Shown: positions 1 to 11,490, counted from the first letter of the stretch. The stretch is DNA of 32,000 bases from Candidatus Heimdallarchaeota archaeon (GCA_030149205.1 JASBSB010000005.1:50523-82522), one strand, 5' to 3'. Made by a program: numbers and translations. The notes: generated by a model not told the origin, from the sequence alone.

Positions 1-32
1 TATTTGGAACATTAAGGGTTTATTTTTTATTT

Positions 33-40
33 AAAAAAAA
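33..40 (-). terminator. Possible oligo-T archaeal terminator downstream of copA
   Basis: A8 on the + strand (T8 on the - strand) about 40 nt past the copA stop. Weak evidence in AT-rich DNA. Confidence 0.3.
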
Positions 41-79
41 TTTCTCACAATTCATTTAACTTGAAAAAGTATAACTATT

Positions 80-2689
80 TTAGGCGGTGATAGGAGTAGC
101 AGACAAATTAAGGTCTATTTTAGGGACTTTGTAGCGCTTTAGAAGTAAACTGCTGGTAACGACAGAAACTGATGAAAATGCCATTGCGAGTCCCGCGAAT
201 TCAGGAGGTAAGGTAAATACAATATTTGAAGCTGCATAGATTATAGGTACAAACACACCAGCTGCAAGTGGAATTCCAAGTACATTGTAAATAAAAGCCC
301 ATCCAAAATTTATTTTTATACGTCTGAATGTTGTTTTTGAGAGGTCTATTGCCTTAACCACATCTCTGAGATCGTTTTTAATCAAAACCAAATCTGCAGT
401 TTCAATTGCTACATCAGTTCCCGCTCCAATTGCGATTCCTATGTCTGCTTGTGCAAGAGCAGGGGCATCATTTATGCCATCACCAACCATTCCAACTTTC
501 TTACCCTTCACTTGTAGCTCTTTTACCTTCTCTGCCTTCTCTTGCGGTAATACAGAAGCTAAAACGTTTGTAATGCCCACTTGTTTGGCTATATAATTTG
601 CAGTTCTTTGGTTGTCTCCTGTTATCATCCAAACCTCAATACCCATTTCTTGAAGTTTTTGAACTGCAACTTTTGAGGTTGGTTTTATTGTATCGGCAAC
701 GGCGAACAATCCAACTACTTCATCATTGACAACTCCTAACATAACTGTTTTACCCTGTCCTTCTAACTCCTGAACTTTTGAACGAGTGTTTTCAGGTATT
801 GCTTTACCTTCTTCCTTAAGCAAGTCTGGTTTACCCAAGAGAACTTTATTGCCGTTTACAGTCCCTGTAACTCCTTTACCAAGAACAGCCTGAAAATCTG
901 TAGGTTCACTCAAATTAGCATTAGATTCTTTGGCATAATTCACAATAGCTTTACCAAGAGGATGTTCAGAACCTAACTCAACAGATGCCAATAATGACAA
1001 AGTGTTTTCGTCATTCTTGAAATTTACAAATTCAGTTACCTTGGGTTTTCCCTCTGTGATTGTCCCGGTCTTATCTAGAACTACTGCATTTAAAGAATGT
1101 GCACCTTCTAATGCTTCTCCACCTTTGATTAATATCCCATTTTTAGCCCCTAAACCTGTCCCAACCATTATTGCAGTAGGTGTGGCTAATCCTAATGCAC
1201 AAGGGCATGAAATAACAACCACTGAGATTGCAAGAAGGAATGAGAAAAGAAATGGAGAAGAACCTGGAGGCACCCATGAAAGTGGTACTACGTTAAGCTG
1301 AAATAAGCTAAACCAAACGAAAAAGGTTAGGATTGCAATACTCACAACAACCGGCACAAAAACAGAGGATATTTTATCTGCTAGTGCTTGAACAGGTGCT
1401 TTTGACAATTGGGCGTCCTCAATAAGCTTTACAATCTGTGAGAGTGTGGTGTCTTTTCCAACCTTTTCTGCTTTTACATAAATAACTCCAGATTGATTTA
1501 TTGTGGAACCAGTAACAACTTCACCTTTAGTCTTAATAACTGGGATTGGTTCTCCAGTTATCATAGATTCATCTACAGAGGAACTTCCATCAACAACACT
1601 TCCATCAACAGGTATCTTTTCACCAGGATAAACTTTTAAGATATCACCAACTTCCACAAGTTCTGCTTCAATCTTTTTCTCTTCAATGATCTCACCATTT
1701 TCATTATAGGTCAATAGGTTTGCTGTGGTTGCTTGTTGATCCAATAAATCTTTAATGGCTGTTGAAGTCTTACCCTTAGCATTAGCTTCAAGATACTTTC
1801 CAAAAATGATGAATGTTATCAGATAAGCAGCTGTGTCAAAAAACACATCACTGTAAAATTGAGGGACGAAAAAGTGATAGATCATCACAAACAGACTGTA
1901 GAAATAAGCAGCGGATGTACCAATCATCACTAATACATCCATTGTTGCACTTCTATGCCTGAGAACAGCAAAGGATTTCGTGTAGAAACTTTTACCAACC
2001 CAAAATTGAACTGGCGTTACGAATAGAAATAATAAGAAATCTTTAAGGAAAACATTTGGAAATATTTCAATGTGGTAAAATTGTGTGATTGCTGAAATCT
2101 GAAACATAAATGGTATCATATAAAGGAAAAAAATTGGGAGCGTGAATACTAGACTTGCTATTAATTTATGTCTCCAGTATTGTATTTCTTCCTTTTTAGA
2201 CAGTTTATCCAGTGTTACCCCACCTTGGGATAACTTGGCTTTGTAACCTACATCCTCAACTAAATTAATAAGATCTCTGGCTCCTAGTTTTAAGGGGTCA
2301 TACTCAATTAAGCCTTTTTCGGTACTCAAATTCACCCTAATTGACTTTACACCATCCTGAGAACCCACGTAATTCTCTATAGTGTTAACACAGCTAGCAC
2401 AGGTCATCCCACTGATATCTAACTCCGCAACACCATCTTCATTGAACTTTTTCTCGATCTCTGCACCAAATCCCACATCTTTGATTAATTCCGCAATCTG
2501 GTCTTCAGTGTACTTGGATCTATCAAATTCTACTTGCGCTTGTTCTGTTGTTAAATTAACTTTAACAGACTTCACACCTTCCTGAGATCCTACATAGTTC
2601 TCTATAGTGTTGACACAGCTTGCACAGGTCATTCCAGAGACGTTGATCATCAGAGGTGGTTCTTTGACTTTTTGCACATCTTCTGACAT
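80..2689 (-). CDS. copA: Cu(I)-exporting P1B-1 ATPase with two N-terminal HMA domains
   Basis: Two GMTCASC motifs, TGEP actuator motif, intramembrane CPC, DKTGT phosphorylation site, [14 protein letters not shown] hinge, and the YN and MAFSS transmembrane Cu(I) ligands. Confidence 0.97.
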   Translation of the reverse strand: MSEDVQKVKEPPLMINVSGMTCASCVNTIENYVGSQEGVKSVKVNLTTEQAQVEFDRSKYTEDQIAELIKDVGFGAEIEKKFNEDGVAELDISGMTCASCVNTIENYVGSQDGVKSIRVNLSTEKGLIEYDPLKLGARDLINLVEDVGYKAKLSQGGVTLDKLSKKEEIQYWRHKLIASLVFTLPIFFLYMIPFMFQISAITQFYHIEIFPNVFLKDFLLFLFVTPVQFWVGKSFYTKSFAVLRHRSATMDVLVMIGTSAAYFYSLFVMIYHFFVPQFYSDVFFDTAAYLITFIIFGKYLEANAKGKTSTAIKDLLDQQATTANLLTYNENGEIIEEKKIEAELVEVGDILKVYPGEKIPVDGSVVDGSSSVDESMITGEPIPVIKTKGEVVTGSTINQSGVIYVKAEKVGKDTTLSQIVKLIEDAQLSKAPVQALADKISSVFVPVVVSIAILTFFVWFSLFQLNVVPLSWVPPGSSPFLFSFLLAISVVVISCPCALGLATPTAIMVGTGLGAKNGILIKGGEALEGAHSLNAVVLDKTGTITEGKPKVTEFVNFKNDENTLSLLASVELGSEHPLGKAIVNYAKESNANLSEPTDFQAVLGKGVTGTVNGNKVLLGKPDLLKEEGKAIPENTRSKVQELEGQGKTVMLGVVNDEVVGLFAVADTIKPTSKVAVQKLQEMGIEVWMITGDNQRTANYIAKQVGITNVLASVLPQEKAEKVKELQVKGKKVGMVGDGINDAPALAQADIGIAIGAGTDVAIETADLVLIKNDLRDVVKAIDLSKTTFRRIKINFGWAFIYNVLGIPLAAGVFVPIIYAASNIVFTLPPEFAGLAMAFSSVSVVTSSLLLKRYKVPKIDLNLSATPITA
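2327..2638 (-). repeat. Internal duplication of the HMA core (2552-2638 and 2327-2413)
   Basis: [29 protein letters not shown] vs [29 protein letters not shown]: 26/29 aa identical, with many synonymous codon differences. Confidence 0.9.
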
Positions 2690-2771
2690 TTGTATCTAAG
2701 TAATGTATCAACAATTGATATATAAATTCTTTTGTTATGAACCTTTCCAAAATTTTGATGTTTAAGTATAC

Positions 2772-2987
2772 CTAGTTTAAAACTTTGTATCCGAGTTGAG
2801 AGATTGCTTCCTTTAGTTTTTCTACATTCCCTTTTGATGCATCTGTGAGTGTGAAGTCACCTTTTGCAGCTTCCCATTCTACATCCGCTTTTTCAACAAA
2901 ATCAAATTTTGATGTCCTTGCTTTAATTCCATTGGAACACCCATTGCAGGTCATTCCCTCTATTTCTAATGTTATTGTTTTAGACAT
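2772..2987 (-). CDS. copZ: Copper chaperone, single HMA domain
   Basis: 71 aa with GMTCNGC, SD-like AGGTGA just upstream, same strand and directly upstream of copA. Confidence 0.85.
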   Translation of the reverse strand: MSKTITLEIEGMTCNGCSNGIKARTSKFDFVEKADVEWEAAKGDFTLTDASKGNVEKLKEAISQLGYKVLN

Positions 2988-3228
2988 AATATCACCTGAT
3001 GATATGTTAAATATTGATATATTAGAAATATTATAAAGGTATAGATAATAGTACTATTCCGCCTATTAATGAATGAGAGATTAGTTTCAATACACTGACT
3101 CTCCTAAATGTTTTTAGCAATATGAAACTTTCATAGGTTAGTCTTACAATGATTTTATCTGTGAATATTTGGAGTGGTAAATCTTTAAATAGAAAAACAA
3201 GATTGAGTCATTATGGAGGGAACACATA

Positions 3229-4842
3229 TTGAGTTCTAATTTAACTATTAATAATAATCAGTCAATCGGTGCAGTCATTGGAGAAACAACCTCTCATGAC
3301 TTAGAATTTATTGTTGATGTTGATCAAAATGAGATTCGACCTGTTGAGGTCGGTGAATATGTTGGAATATCATATGGAAACAATCGATATGCCATCGGAT
3401 TGGTTACAGAAATTACTCGTGTAAACAATGAAATCATCAGTAGTTTCGCAAATTCTCCTTCATCAGTTTCTCGTATGAATGAGCTATCCATGTACCCTGG
3501 TTCACAAAGAATTGTTGCCTCTGTCTCAGTTCAGGGAATCTTAAATGAAAATGGTCAGTTGATAAGACCGAGATACCCACCAGCCCCGGGAGCGGAGGTC
3601 ATTCGAGATCCAACTGAGATACTGGATGTTGTATTTGCAGGTGGTGGAGTTAAAGTCGGAAACTTAGTTGCAAATCCTGAAGTAGAAGTTAGCCTTGATA
3701 TAAACAAGTTAATTTCAAGACATTTTTCGGTTCTTGCTGTTACAGGTGCAGGAAAGAGTTATACGGTAAGTGTCATACTTGATGAAATTATGAAGAATAT
3801 GCCTTTTGCTAGTATAGTTATTCTAGACCCACACCAAGATTACTTTTATTTAAGAGAAAACACAGAATATGGAAACAAAGTTCAGATATTTACACCTAGT
3901 GGAGACGGTAATAGCAGTAGAATCAAATTTAAAATCTCAAATTTCGATAATACTAAAATTATGGATATAATTGGATTGAGAGAAAATGCCAGCCGACAAA
4001 GAAGTTTCCTTTCAAATGTTTTGACAGAAATGAGAAATGCAAATGAAAACTGGGATCTTAGTGATGTCAGAGAAGAGATAAACACTCAGCTAAACAACCC
4101 AGAAATCAGTGCCCAAACTAAGAGTCTTGGATATTCTGTTTTAAATTACCTCAACTGGGTTGTAGGGGAAGACTTTTTGGATGCATTGGTTGAGACACCA
4201 CTGACAAGCCCAAATGAACCTTGCCTTACCAAGAAGGGTCAAATGACAATAATAGGTACAGGTCTACTTGATAATCGAGCAAAAGGTTTCTTGGTTGAAG
4301 AAGTATTGAAAAAAATCTTTACTGGGGCAGTAAATTATCGAAGAGGGACAAACCCTGAAAATGCCTTGGAGGGACCAATATTAGTAATTCTAGAAGAGGC
4401 ACATCAGTTTATTCCTGGGTTCAATGAAAAATCGTCCTGTAGAGGTATTATTAAACAGATAGCAGGTGAAGGTAGAAAATTTGGGGTTGGTTTAGGAATC
4501 ATTAGTCAGAGACCTGGGAAGGTCGATGAAAATGTGCTTTCACAATGTAACACACAAATTACCCTGAAAATTACGAACCCCAAGGATCAAAATGCAATAG
4601 GATCTGCAAGTGAAAGCATTACACAGGACCTTCTTAACGATCTTCCCGGTCTTAACACTGGAGAGGCAATTATCAATGGTTCAGCTATTACATCTCCTGC
4701 TTTTGTTAAAATAAGGCAACTTGACCTTACCCCTGGGGGAGATGACATTGATATAGAATCAGAATGGGTAACCCCAAATGAAAATGAAGATGTTGTTACA
4801 AGCTCTGTGGATCCAGAGCCTGATTACGAGGGAATGGTATGA
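3229..4842 (+). CDS. herA: HerA/FtsK-family DNA translocase (HAS barrel + ATPase)
   Basis: N-terminal HAS-barrel-like region, Walker A AVTGAGKS, Walker B ILEEAH, SQRP motif. TTG start preceded by GGAGG; ATGA overlap with mre11. Confidence 0.9.
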   Translation: MSSNLTINNNQSIGAVIGETTSHDLEFIVDVDQNEIRPVEVGEYVGISYGNNRYAIGLVTEITRVNNEIISSFANSPSSVSRMNELSMYPGSQRIVASVSVQGILNENGQLIRPRYPPAPGAEVIRDPTEILDVVFAGGGVKVGNLVANPEVEVSLDINKLISRHFSVLAVTGAGKSYTVSVILDEIMKNMPFASIVILDPHQDYFYLRENTEYGNKVQIFTPSGDGNSSRIKFKISNFDNTKIMDIIGLRENASRQRSFLSNVLTEMRNANENWDLSDVREEINTQLNNPEISAQTKSLGYSVLNYLNWVVGEDFLDALVETPLTSPNEPCLTKKGQMTIIGTGLLDNRAKGFLVEEVLKKIFTGAVNYRRGTNPENALEGPILVILEEAHQFIPGFNEKSSCRGIIKQIAGEGRKFGVGLGIISQRPGKVDENVLSQCNTQITLKITNPKDQNAIGSASESITQDLLNDLPGLNTGEAIINGSAITSPAFVKIRQLDLTPGGDDIDIESEWVTPNENEDVVTSSVDPEPDYEGMV

Positions 4843-6266
4843 CAACTTTTGTTCATACATCTGATTGGCACCTTGGCTTTTTTCAATATAACAAAAATCT
4901 TAGACATGATGACTTCTTTGCAGCAGCAAATAGAATCGTTGATAAAATAATAAAAATTGAGCCAGATTTTGTGCTTCACACAGGGGATCTTTTTCATCAT
5001 AAATCTCCTACACCTGGGAGTGTTCTACAGGCATTAAAGTTGCTTAACAAACTAACAAAGAAAAAAATACCAGTATTCATCATCCGGGGTAACCATGATG
5101 CGTACACGACAAGGAACCTTCAGTACGGTGGAACTGCTTTACAGCTACTTAATGAGGCAACTGGATTGAACTATATCAATGATGATGTAATGAACTTCAA
5201 TGATGTGGATATCATTGGAGTCGGTCATTACTTCTCCGGAAGGGCTAATGAAACATTACAACGTATAAATCAAGAAAAGAGACCCTTTGATGATCGTTCA
5301 AACTTTAAAATATTAGCGATTCATAATTTTATAGAAGGACAAATTTCAGACACTTCAGAGGTAAGTTTGAGTCTGATTCAGGATCTAGCACCTGATTACG
5401 TTGCAGCTGGTCATTTTCATATCCCTTGGAAGCGAGAAAAATTAAATATATTTGTCCCAGGAAGCTCTGAATCTACATCCGCTAATGATTGGAACAGAGA
5501 GGATAACCTGAATGGAAATATTACACTATATTCTTCATTTTACGAGGTAAAATTGGAAAATCATAATGGTTGGAGTAAGGAGGTGATTCAACATAGGATA
5601 CCGGTTAGGCCAAAATTCAAGTTAGAGATTTCATCAGAGTCAATTGATCATCTGGAAATTAAATCTCAAATTTCAGAAGAAATCAATCAAGTAAAAAAAT
5701 TTGCATTTTCTACAATTGTTGAAGAATTTAACTACAACTCTGATAAGAAACCAGTACGAACCGCATTTGAACAACCATTAGTTCGAATAAGGCTAGATGC
5801 AAAAAATCTTCCACAGACCAACCAACATTTAATTAGCACACAAGAGTTAGAGTCAGAGTTAGGTTTGCTTAACCTTGAAATTTCATTTGATGATTCATTC
5901 GAATCTGATTTTCCAATAACTCAAGGTGAACATGTTGTTGTTGAAGATTTACTTCAAGAGTTAATCGAGGAAAGCGAAATAGATGACAAACCTCACCTAA
6001 CCCAATTAGTCCATCAAACTATAGATTATTTTGGTCAAAAGGCAAAAAGTACGACTCTTGGTCTGGACGACCTCAACCATTTTCTGAGAATACAAGATGA
6101 AAGCTGGAAATTAGGATCTACCCCGAAAATTATGAAATACACAGAAGATGAGCCTCCGAAAGAGAATCTAAATGCTTCGTCTTCAAATCCAAATAAAAAA
6201 GCTTCAGCAGAATCATCCAAATCATCTCGAAAAAGAAACCAGCAATGGGAGGATCTCTTTGAATGA
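4839..6266 (+). CDS. mre11: Mre11 DNA double-strand-break repair nuclease
   Basis: All five metallophosphoesterase motifs (DWHLG, GDLFH, GNHD, HNF, GHFH). Lies between herA and rad50 with ATGA overlaps. Confidence 0.92.
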   Translation: MTTFVHTSDWHLGFFQYNKNLRHDDFFAAANRIVDKIIKIEPDFVLHTGDLFHHKSPTPGSVLQALKLLNKLTKKKIPVFIIRGNHDAYTTRNLQYGGTALQLLNEATGLNYINDDVMNFNDVDIIGVGHYFSGRANETLQRINQEKRPFDDRSNFKILAIHNFIEGQISDTSEVSLSLIQDLAPDYVAAGHFHIPWKREKLNIFVPGSSESTSANDWNREDNLNGNITLYSSFYEVKLENHNGWSKEVIQHRIPVRPKFKLEISSESIDHLEIKSQISEEINQVKKFAFSTIVEEFNYNSDKKPVRTAFEQPLVRIRLDAKNLPQTNQHLISTQELESELGLLNLEISFDDSFESDFPITQGEHVVVEDLLQELIEESEIDDKPHLTQLVHQTIDYFGQKAKSTTLGLDDLNHFLRIQDESWKLGSTPKIMKYTEDEPPKENLNASSSNPNKKASAESSKSSRKRNQQWEDLFE

Positions 6267-9091
6267 AAACATTAAAAATCAACAGCTTACGCCTGAAGTC
6301 AATTCGATGCTATAATGATGATATTCTAAAATTTGATTCCGGTAAAAATATTATTACCGGGGCTAATGGGTCAGGAAAATCAACCATCATTAACTCAATT
6401 GGTCTGGCTCTATTTGGTCAAAACTATCTCACAAACTTTGATTTGAACTATAATGATTTTATTACAAATGGAAAAGATAAAGGTAGAATTATCTTAGATT
6501 TTTCTACAGATAAGGGGAATTTTCAATCAGAATTTTTGATTCAAAGAAAAGGGAGTAACAAATGGGTACTTTATGAAATATTAGAGGACGAAAAGAGAAA
6601 GGAAGTCACAAAGTTGGTCTCAGAGACCAAAAACTATGTCCTAAACCTTTTTGACGGAATGCTTGATGCAACTACCTTTAAAAATGCAATATGCAGCCCA
6701 CAAGGACAAATATCCAAGATAATGGATGCAACAGATTCTGAAAGGGCTGGAGAGATCTACAAAGTATTAAATGTTGAAAAATATAAAGACGTTGCAAACC
6801 TAACTAGAAAGTTGCTTAGGTTAATTGATGAAAAACAAGAGAAGACAACCAGTTATTTAGAAGGATTAGGGGATGTCGATGCAGGTGTTTCACAATTTGA
6901 AAACAAACTAAAAGAAGAAGAGAAGAGTCTTAAGAGTTTAACAATAAACTTACAGGAGAATTTGAAAAATCATGAAGGATTGGCAACCAATCTTATAGCT
7001 ATACAATCAAAAATAACAAAGAAAAATGAGTTATCTACTCAAATTCGCAGTATTCAAGAGCAAATAGAAGACTCAAAAAAGGTAAAAACACAGGCTCAAA
7101 AATCCTTAAAAGATAAATTTGCAGGTCTTAATCAAACGAACTTGAATGAAATTGAGGTCAAACGAGATATTACCAAATTGAACTCTGAAAAGAAGATTAT
7201 TGATGCAGAATTAATTAATGTAATCGAGAAGGAGAAAGAATTCAAATTACTTACAGAAAACTCCAAGAGGTTAGAATCAAGGTTTAATGAGCTTAAGACT
7301 GATCAAAGAAGCGTTACAACAAAGTTAAATAAGTTGAAATCTGATATTTCCTCTCTTATTGATAGTAAAGATGTAACATTAGAAAACTTGCAAAATTTCA
7401 CTAAGGCTGAGTCTGATTTTTTGAATACTAAGATAAAAGAAGAAAAAGAGTATATTCAAAGCATTCAAAGCAAAAGCGAATCAAAAACAAAGAAACTGAC
7501 TCAAAAGGAAGGATTAGAGAATAAAATTGCTAAATCAGAAAATGAATTTAAGAGAGAATTCGATTTAGATCCATCAAACACAGATACAGAAATTCAAAAC
7601 AAAGAAAAATTGCTTAAAGAAATCGACAAAAAAACAGAGGAAGTCAATTTATCATTAGAGGAGATATCAATTAAAAGAGGGGAGCTGAATAATAAGATAA
7701 AACAAACAAATGATGTTCTTAAACTACTAAAACACACTCATGAAACAGAAAAGACATGTCCAACCTGTAGACAAAGCTTACAGGGTGTTGACCTTAAGTC
7801 ATTGACGAATATCCACCAAAAAGAGTTAGAAAGTGCAAATAAAGCAATTAAAGATATACTAACAAGTGAGAACAAACTGAAATTGGAATATAGAAAATTA
7901 GAGGAACAACAAAAGAAAATTTCAAAGGAACATCTGAAACTACAGAATTTCGCAAAGATATTCATGGAACTGAGAGAAGATAACACTCGGATCACTGAAC
8001 TTACCGAATCTATCTCAATTATAGATGATGAACTATCTAAACTAAATAACGAGCATCAAAGCATTCAAACACTATTAGAAGACTCTATGAGGAAGGTTGA
8101 TCTGGCTAAAGGCTATTCAAAGGATCTGCAGAATTCACTAAAAGAAGACAATAAGTTAACAAAAGATCTAAAAATGATTGAGGAAGAGCTTTCTGAAAAT
8201 TCTAAAAAAATTGCTCAAATTGATTTTAATAGACTTCAAAAAGAAAAAGCTCAACTTGAAACAAAACAAGAAAAGTTAACTTCTAGTATTGACAAACTTC
8301 AGGAACTATTGCCATTATTTGTCAGAATACAAACTCTTACAGCGTCTATAGACTCCAATCAGGCAATCATTCTCAACAAAAGAATGAATTTAGATGAGAT
8401 CTTAAAGGAACTCCCTTCAGATTCTGAGATTGAAAAACTAATTTTAGAGGAAAGGGAACTTGACAACACAATCAGTGGATTAAAAGAGAGAATAAAAATA
8501 TTGAGCAATGAGATTTTACCTGAGTTAAAGGCTAACTTGAACTCTTATCTAGAACTAAGAAAGGATAGGGATGATAAAGAAAGTCTTAGACAAAGATACA
8601 TTCTTGCTCAAAAGGAATTTTCAGAGGTTTACAGGATAATGGACATTCTTCCTGAAAAGATAGTTTCAGCAGCTCTTGCGAGGGTATCAAACAATGCAAC
8701 AAAAATTATCCAGAAACTTATGCCTGAAAAAGGCTTCAATCAAATTCAATTAAGCCCCAACGGTCAATTGATAGTGGTTAGACAAGGTGAAGAAATCAGG
8801 TACAATCAAATCTCAGGAGGTGAGAAAACAGCCCTCGCGATTGCCCTTCGAGCAGCACTCAGTCAGAGTGTAGTTCAGGTCAATTTTATGATACTCGATG
8901 AACCTACCCAACATTTGGATAAAAACCGGGTTGAAGAACTTATTGAAATAATGGACAAAGGAGATTTGCTGGGGAATAAAAACGGACAACTAATCCTTGT
9001 GACTCATGTTGATGAGTTCACAAGAATAGCTGATCAAAGCATAAAAATTGAGGTCGCAAACAGTGGCAAAAGAACCTTTGTGACCTCATGA
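6263..9091 (+). CDS. rad50: Rad50 SMC-like ATPase
   Basis: Walker A GANGSGKS, Q-loop PQGQ, long coiled coils around a central CPTC zinc hook, ISGGE signature, ILDEPT Walker B/D-loop, VTH H-loop. Confidence 0.93.
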   Translation: MKTLKINSLRLKSIRCYNDDILKFDSGKNIITGANGSGKSTIINSIGLALFGQNYLTNFDLNYNDFITNGKDKGRIILDFSTDKGNFQSEFLIQRKGSNKWVLYEILEDEKRKEVTKLVSETKNYVLNLFDGMLDATTFKNAICSPQGQISKIMDATDSERAGEIYKVLNVEKYKDVANLTRKLLRLIDEKQEKTTSYLEGLGDVDAGVSQFENKLKEEEKSLKSLTINLQENLKNHEGLATNLIAIQSKITKKNELSTQIRSIQEQIEDSKKVKTQAQKSLKDKFAGLNQTNLNEIEVKRDITKLNSEKKIIDAELINVIEKEKEFKLLTENSKRLESRFNELKTDQRSVTTKLNKLKSDISSLIDSKDVTLENLQNFTKAESDFLNTKIKEEKEYIQSIQSKSESKTKKLTQKEGLENKIAKSENEFKREFDLDPSNTDTEIQNKEKLLKEIDKKTEEVNLSLEEISIKRGELNNKIKQTNDVLKLLKHTHETEKTCPTCRQSLQGVDLKSLTNIHQKELESANKAIKDILTSENKLKLEYRKLEEQQKKISKEHLKLQNFAKIFMELREDNTRITELTESISIIDDELSKLNNEHQSIQTLLEDSMRKVDLAKGYSKDLQNSLKEDNKLTKDLKMIEEELSENSKKIAQIDFNRLQKEKAQLETKQEKLTSSIDKLQELLPLFVRIQTLTASIDSNQAIILNKRMNLDEILKELPSDSEIEKLILEERELDNTISGLKERIKILSNEILPELKANLNSYLELRKDRDDKESLRQRYILAQKEFSEVYRIMDILPEKIVSAALARVSNNATKIIQKLMPEKGFNQIQLSPNGQLIVVRQGEEIRYNQISGGEKTALAIALRAALSQSVVQVNFMILDEPTQHLDKNRVEELIEIMDKGDLLGNKNGQLILVTHVDEFTRIADQSIKIEVANSGKRTFVTS

Positions 9092-11164
9092 AGCTCTAAA
9101 TCCACCAGCAAAATCTCTATCAGGGCTTAGTAATGAGACACCCTTCTCATCCTCAACAGCAAGAACCATTCCCTCAGATTTAATTCCTCCAAGTTTTCGA
9201 GGTTTTAAATTGTCAACAATCATTACAGTCCTGTTTTTCAGGTCTTCTGGATTGTAATATTTTGCAATTCCTGCAACTATTGTTCGGTCTTTTCTCTCAC
9301 CATCATCAACAGTTAGTACAAGCAATTTATCTGACTTGGGATGTTTCACGCAGTCTAAGACTTTTGCAGATTTGATCTTGACCTTATCAAAATCCTCTAT
9401 TGTTATGAATTTGGATTCTTTAGTAGGTTTTTTAGACTTCTTGGGTTTTTCGGGTTGTTTGGACTCTTCATCACTGACTACGACAGCTCCAAATTCTATC
9501 TCGTACTTCTTAACCTCTTTATCAGTAATTTTTTTGAAGAGGTGCCCTTGAAATTTCACAGTATTCCCTCGAATAGCTGTTCTGTCAATAATTCTCTCCC
9601 ATTTATCATCAGTAATTGGATGTGCAATTCCAAGTGATAAATAGATTTTTTCAGCTGAAGAAGGGATAAAGGGATGACTTAGCAGAGCAATAGATCTGAG
9701 GACATGAGCTAGATTAGATAAAATTTCACCTGCTCGCTTTTTGTCTGTCTTAATTACTTCCCATGGTTTTGTTTCTGTGAAGTATTTATTGACTCGAGCA
9801 ACAAAGGTCTTAAGTGCTTTTAATGGTTTTTGGAACTCCACCTGTTCAAACGTCTCTTCATACTCTTTGACAGTATGCTCAAGGTCTTGCCACAGCTCCT
9901 CATCCTCTTTTTTATATGAATCAACAGTTGGAACTTTTCCATCAAAATTCCGTTCAATGAAGGTTACTGTTCTGTTGACTAAATTCCCAAACTGATTATT
10001 CAAATCATTGTTTACTGCATCCTGAAAAAGTTTCCAGTTAAATTCTGTATTCTGTCTCTCAGGAGCAATCAATAGAAGATAATACCTCCAATAATCTGCA
10101 GGGTAAAGCTCGAGTGCCTGATCTATGAACACACCTCGTTTTTGCGATGTAGAAAATTTCCCACCTGGATAGGTTAACCATTGAAACCCCTTTACAAAAG
10201 TTGGGAGAATATATCCATCATCAGCCCCTATTATTGTACTTGGAAAAGTCACAGTATGGAATGGAACATTATCAATTCCCATAAATTCATAGTACCTTGT
10301 TTTAGGATTTTTCCAATATTCTAACCATAGGTTTTCATCGCCCTCTAACTTTGCCCATTTTTTCGTCATGGAGATATAACCAATTGGAGCATCAAACCAG
10401 ACATAGAAAACCAAATCTTCATAGCCTTGAAGGGGTACAGGGATACCCCACTTTAGGTTTCTTGTAATTGATCTGGGTCTTAAGCCTTCTCTAAGCCATT
10501 TTTGTGCTATTGAGAGAGTTGTAAGTGGCCATTGTTCCTGCTTGTTTACCCACTCCTCAACCTTTGGTTGAATTTTTGGTAAATCTATGTAGAGATGTTT
10601 TGTCTGTTTGATCACAAGATTGTTTGAATCTGAAATAACACTCTTCGGGTTTATTAGTTGGGTAGGATTAAGGAGTGTTGAACAATCTTCACATTGATCA
10701 CCCCGTGCTCTTTCATACCCACAATGAGGACAGGTTCCAATGACATATCTATCAGGTAAGAATCTGTCATCATCAACACTAAAGAGTTGTTCGTCCTCTT
10801 TTTCAAAAATATACCCATTTTCATAGAGTTTCAAAAACAATGATTGAGTGATCTCATGATTTTCAATATCGGAAGTTCTCCCAAAGTAATCAAAAGAGAG
10901 GTTGAAATCCTCATAATTCTTCTTCTGAACCTTATACATCTTTGTACAATAATCCTCTACAGACAGGCCAGCCTCTAATGCTGCTATCTCCGCTGGTGTT
11001 CCATGATCATCTGTTCCACAGATGGCAACAACATCCCTTCCTCTAAGCCTGAGGTATCTTGCAAATACATCTGCAGGAAGGAGAGAACCAATTAAATTTC
11101 CAATGTGTTTGACTCCATTAATGTATGGTAATGCACTGGTTACGATATATTTTTCATTAGACAT
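9086..11164 (-). CDS. metG: Methionyl-tRNA synthetase with C-terminal tRNA-binding (EMAP II/Trbp111-like) domain
   Basis: TSALPYIN..HIGN, CPHC/CEDC zinc knuckle, YVWFDAPIGY, KFSTS (KMSKS variant), C-terminal OB-fold LKPRKLGGIKSEGM. SD AAGGTGA upstream. Confidence 0.98.
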   Translation of the reverse strand: MSNEKYIVTSALPYINGVKHIGNLIGSLLPADVFARYLRLRGRDVVAICGTDDHGTPAEIAALEAGLSVEDYCTKMYKVQKKNYEDFNLSFDYFGRTSDIENHEITQSLFLKLYENGYIFEKEDEQLFSVDDDRFLPDRYVIGTCPHCGYERARGDQCEDCSTLLNPTQLINPKSVISDSNNLVIKQTKHLYIDLPKIQPKVEEWVNKQEQWPLTTLSIAQKWLREGLRPRSITRNLKWGIPVPLQGYEDLVFYVWFDAPIGYISMTKKWAKLEGDENLWLEYWKNPKTRYYEFMGIDNVPFHTVTFPSTIIGADDGYILPTFVKGFQWLTYPGGKFSTSQKRGVFIDQALELYPADYWRYYLLLIAPERQNTEFNWKLFQDAVNNDLNNQFGNLVNRTVTFIERNFDGKVPTVDSYKKEDEELWQDLEHTVKEYEETFEQVEFQKPLKALKTFVARVNKYFTETKPWEVIKTDKKRAGEILSNLAHVLRSIALLSHPFIPSSAEKIYLSLGIAHPITDDKWERIIDRTAIRGNTVKFQGHLFKKITDKEVKKYEIEFGAVVVSDEESKQPEKPKKSKKPTKESKFITIEDFDKVKIKSAKVLDCVKHPKSDKLLVLTVDDGERKDRTIVAGIAKYYNPEDLKNRTVMIVDNLKPRKLGGIKSEGMVLAVEDEKGVSLLSPDRDFAGGFRAS

Positions 11165-11490
11165 GCGAAATCACCTTTGATAAGTTCAGTACCCACTTAT
11201 TTATTAAATATAGAATTTTATAAAAGACGGGATGTGGTGTTACACTTACGAGGTTTAAGCTAACAAGAAGATTTTGTTCGGAAATCCATTTCGCAATACC
11301 CCATGTAATTTACCACAATTTCAATTCAACAGGGTTTACAAAAAGGTTTCTCTACAACAATGCTCAATATCCTTAAATGGTGTATAATTGTGGAAAAATT
11401 ATAGAAAATACCTCTTTCCTACAAAAATTCACTTCGTTTTCTATTTATGGAAGTCAAAGAACTTATATAGCTAAATTACTTCTTCACGAC

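Noticed and set aside
6800-8700. K/E-rich quasi-repeats in rad50
   Set aside because: These are explained by the normal coiled-coil heptads.
11377-11490. N-terminal extension of the S9 peptidase
   Set aside because: It reads like AT-rich promoter sequence and contains a TATA-like element. ATG 11491 fits better.
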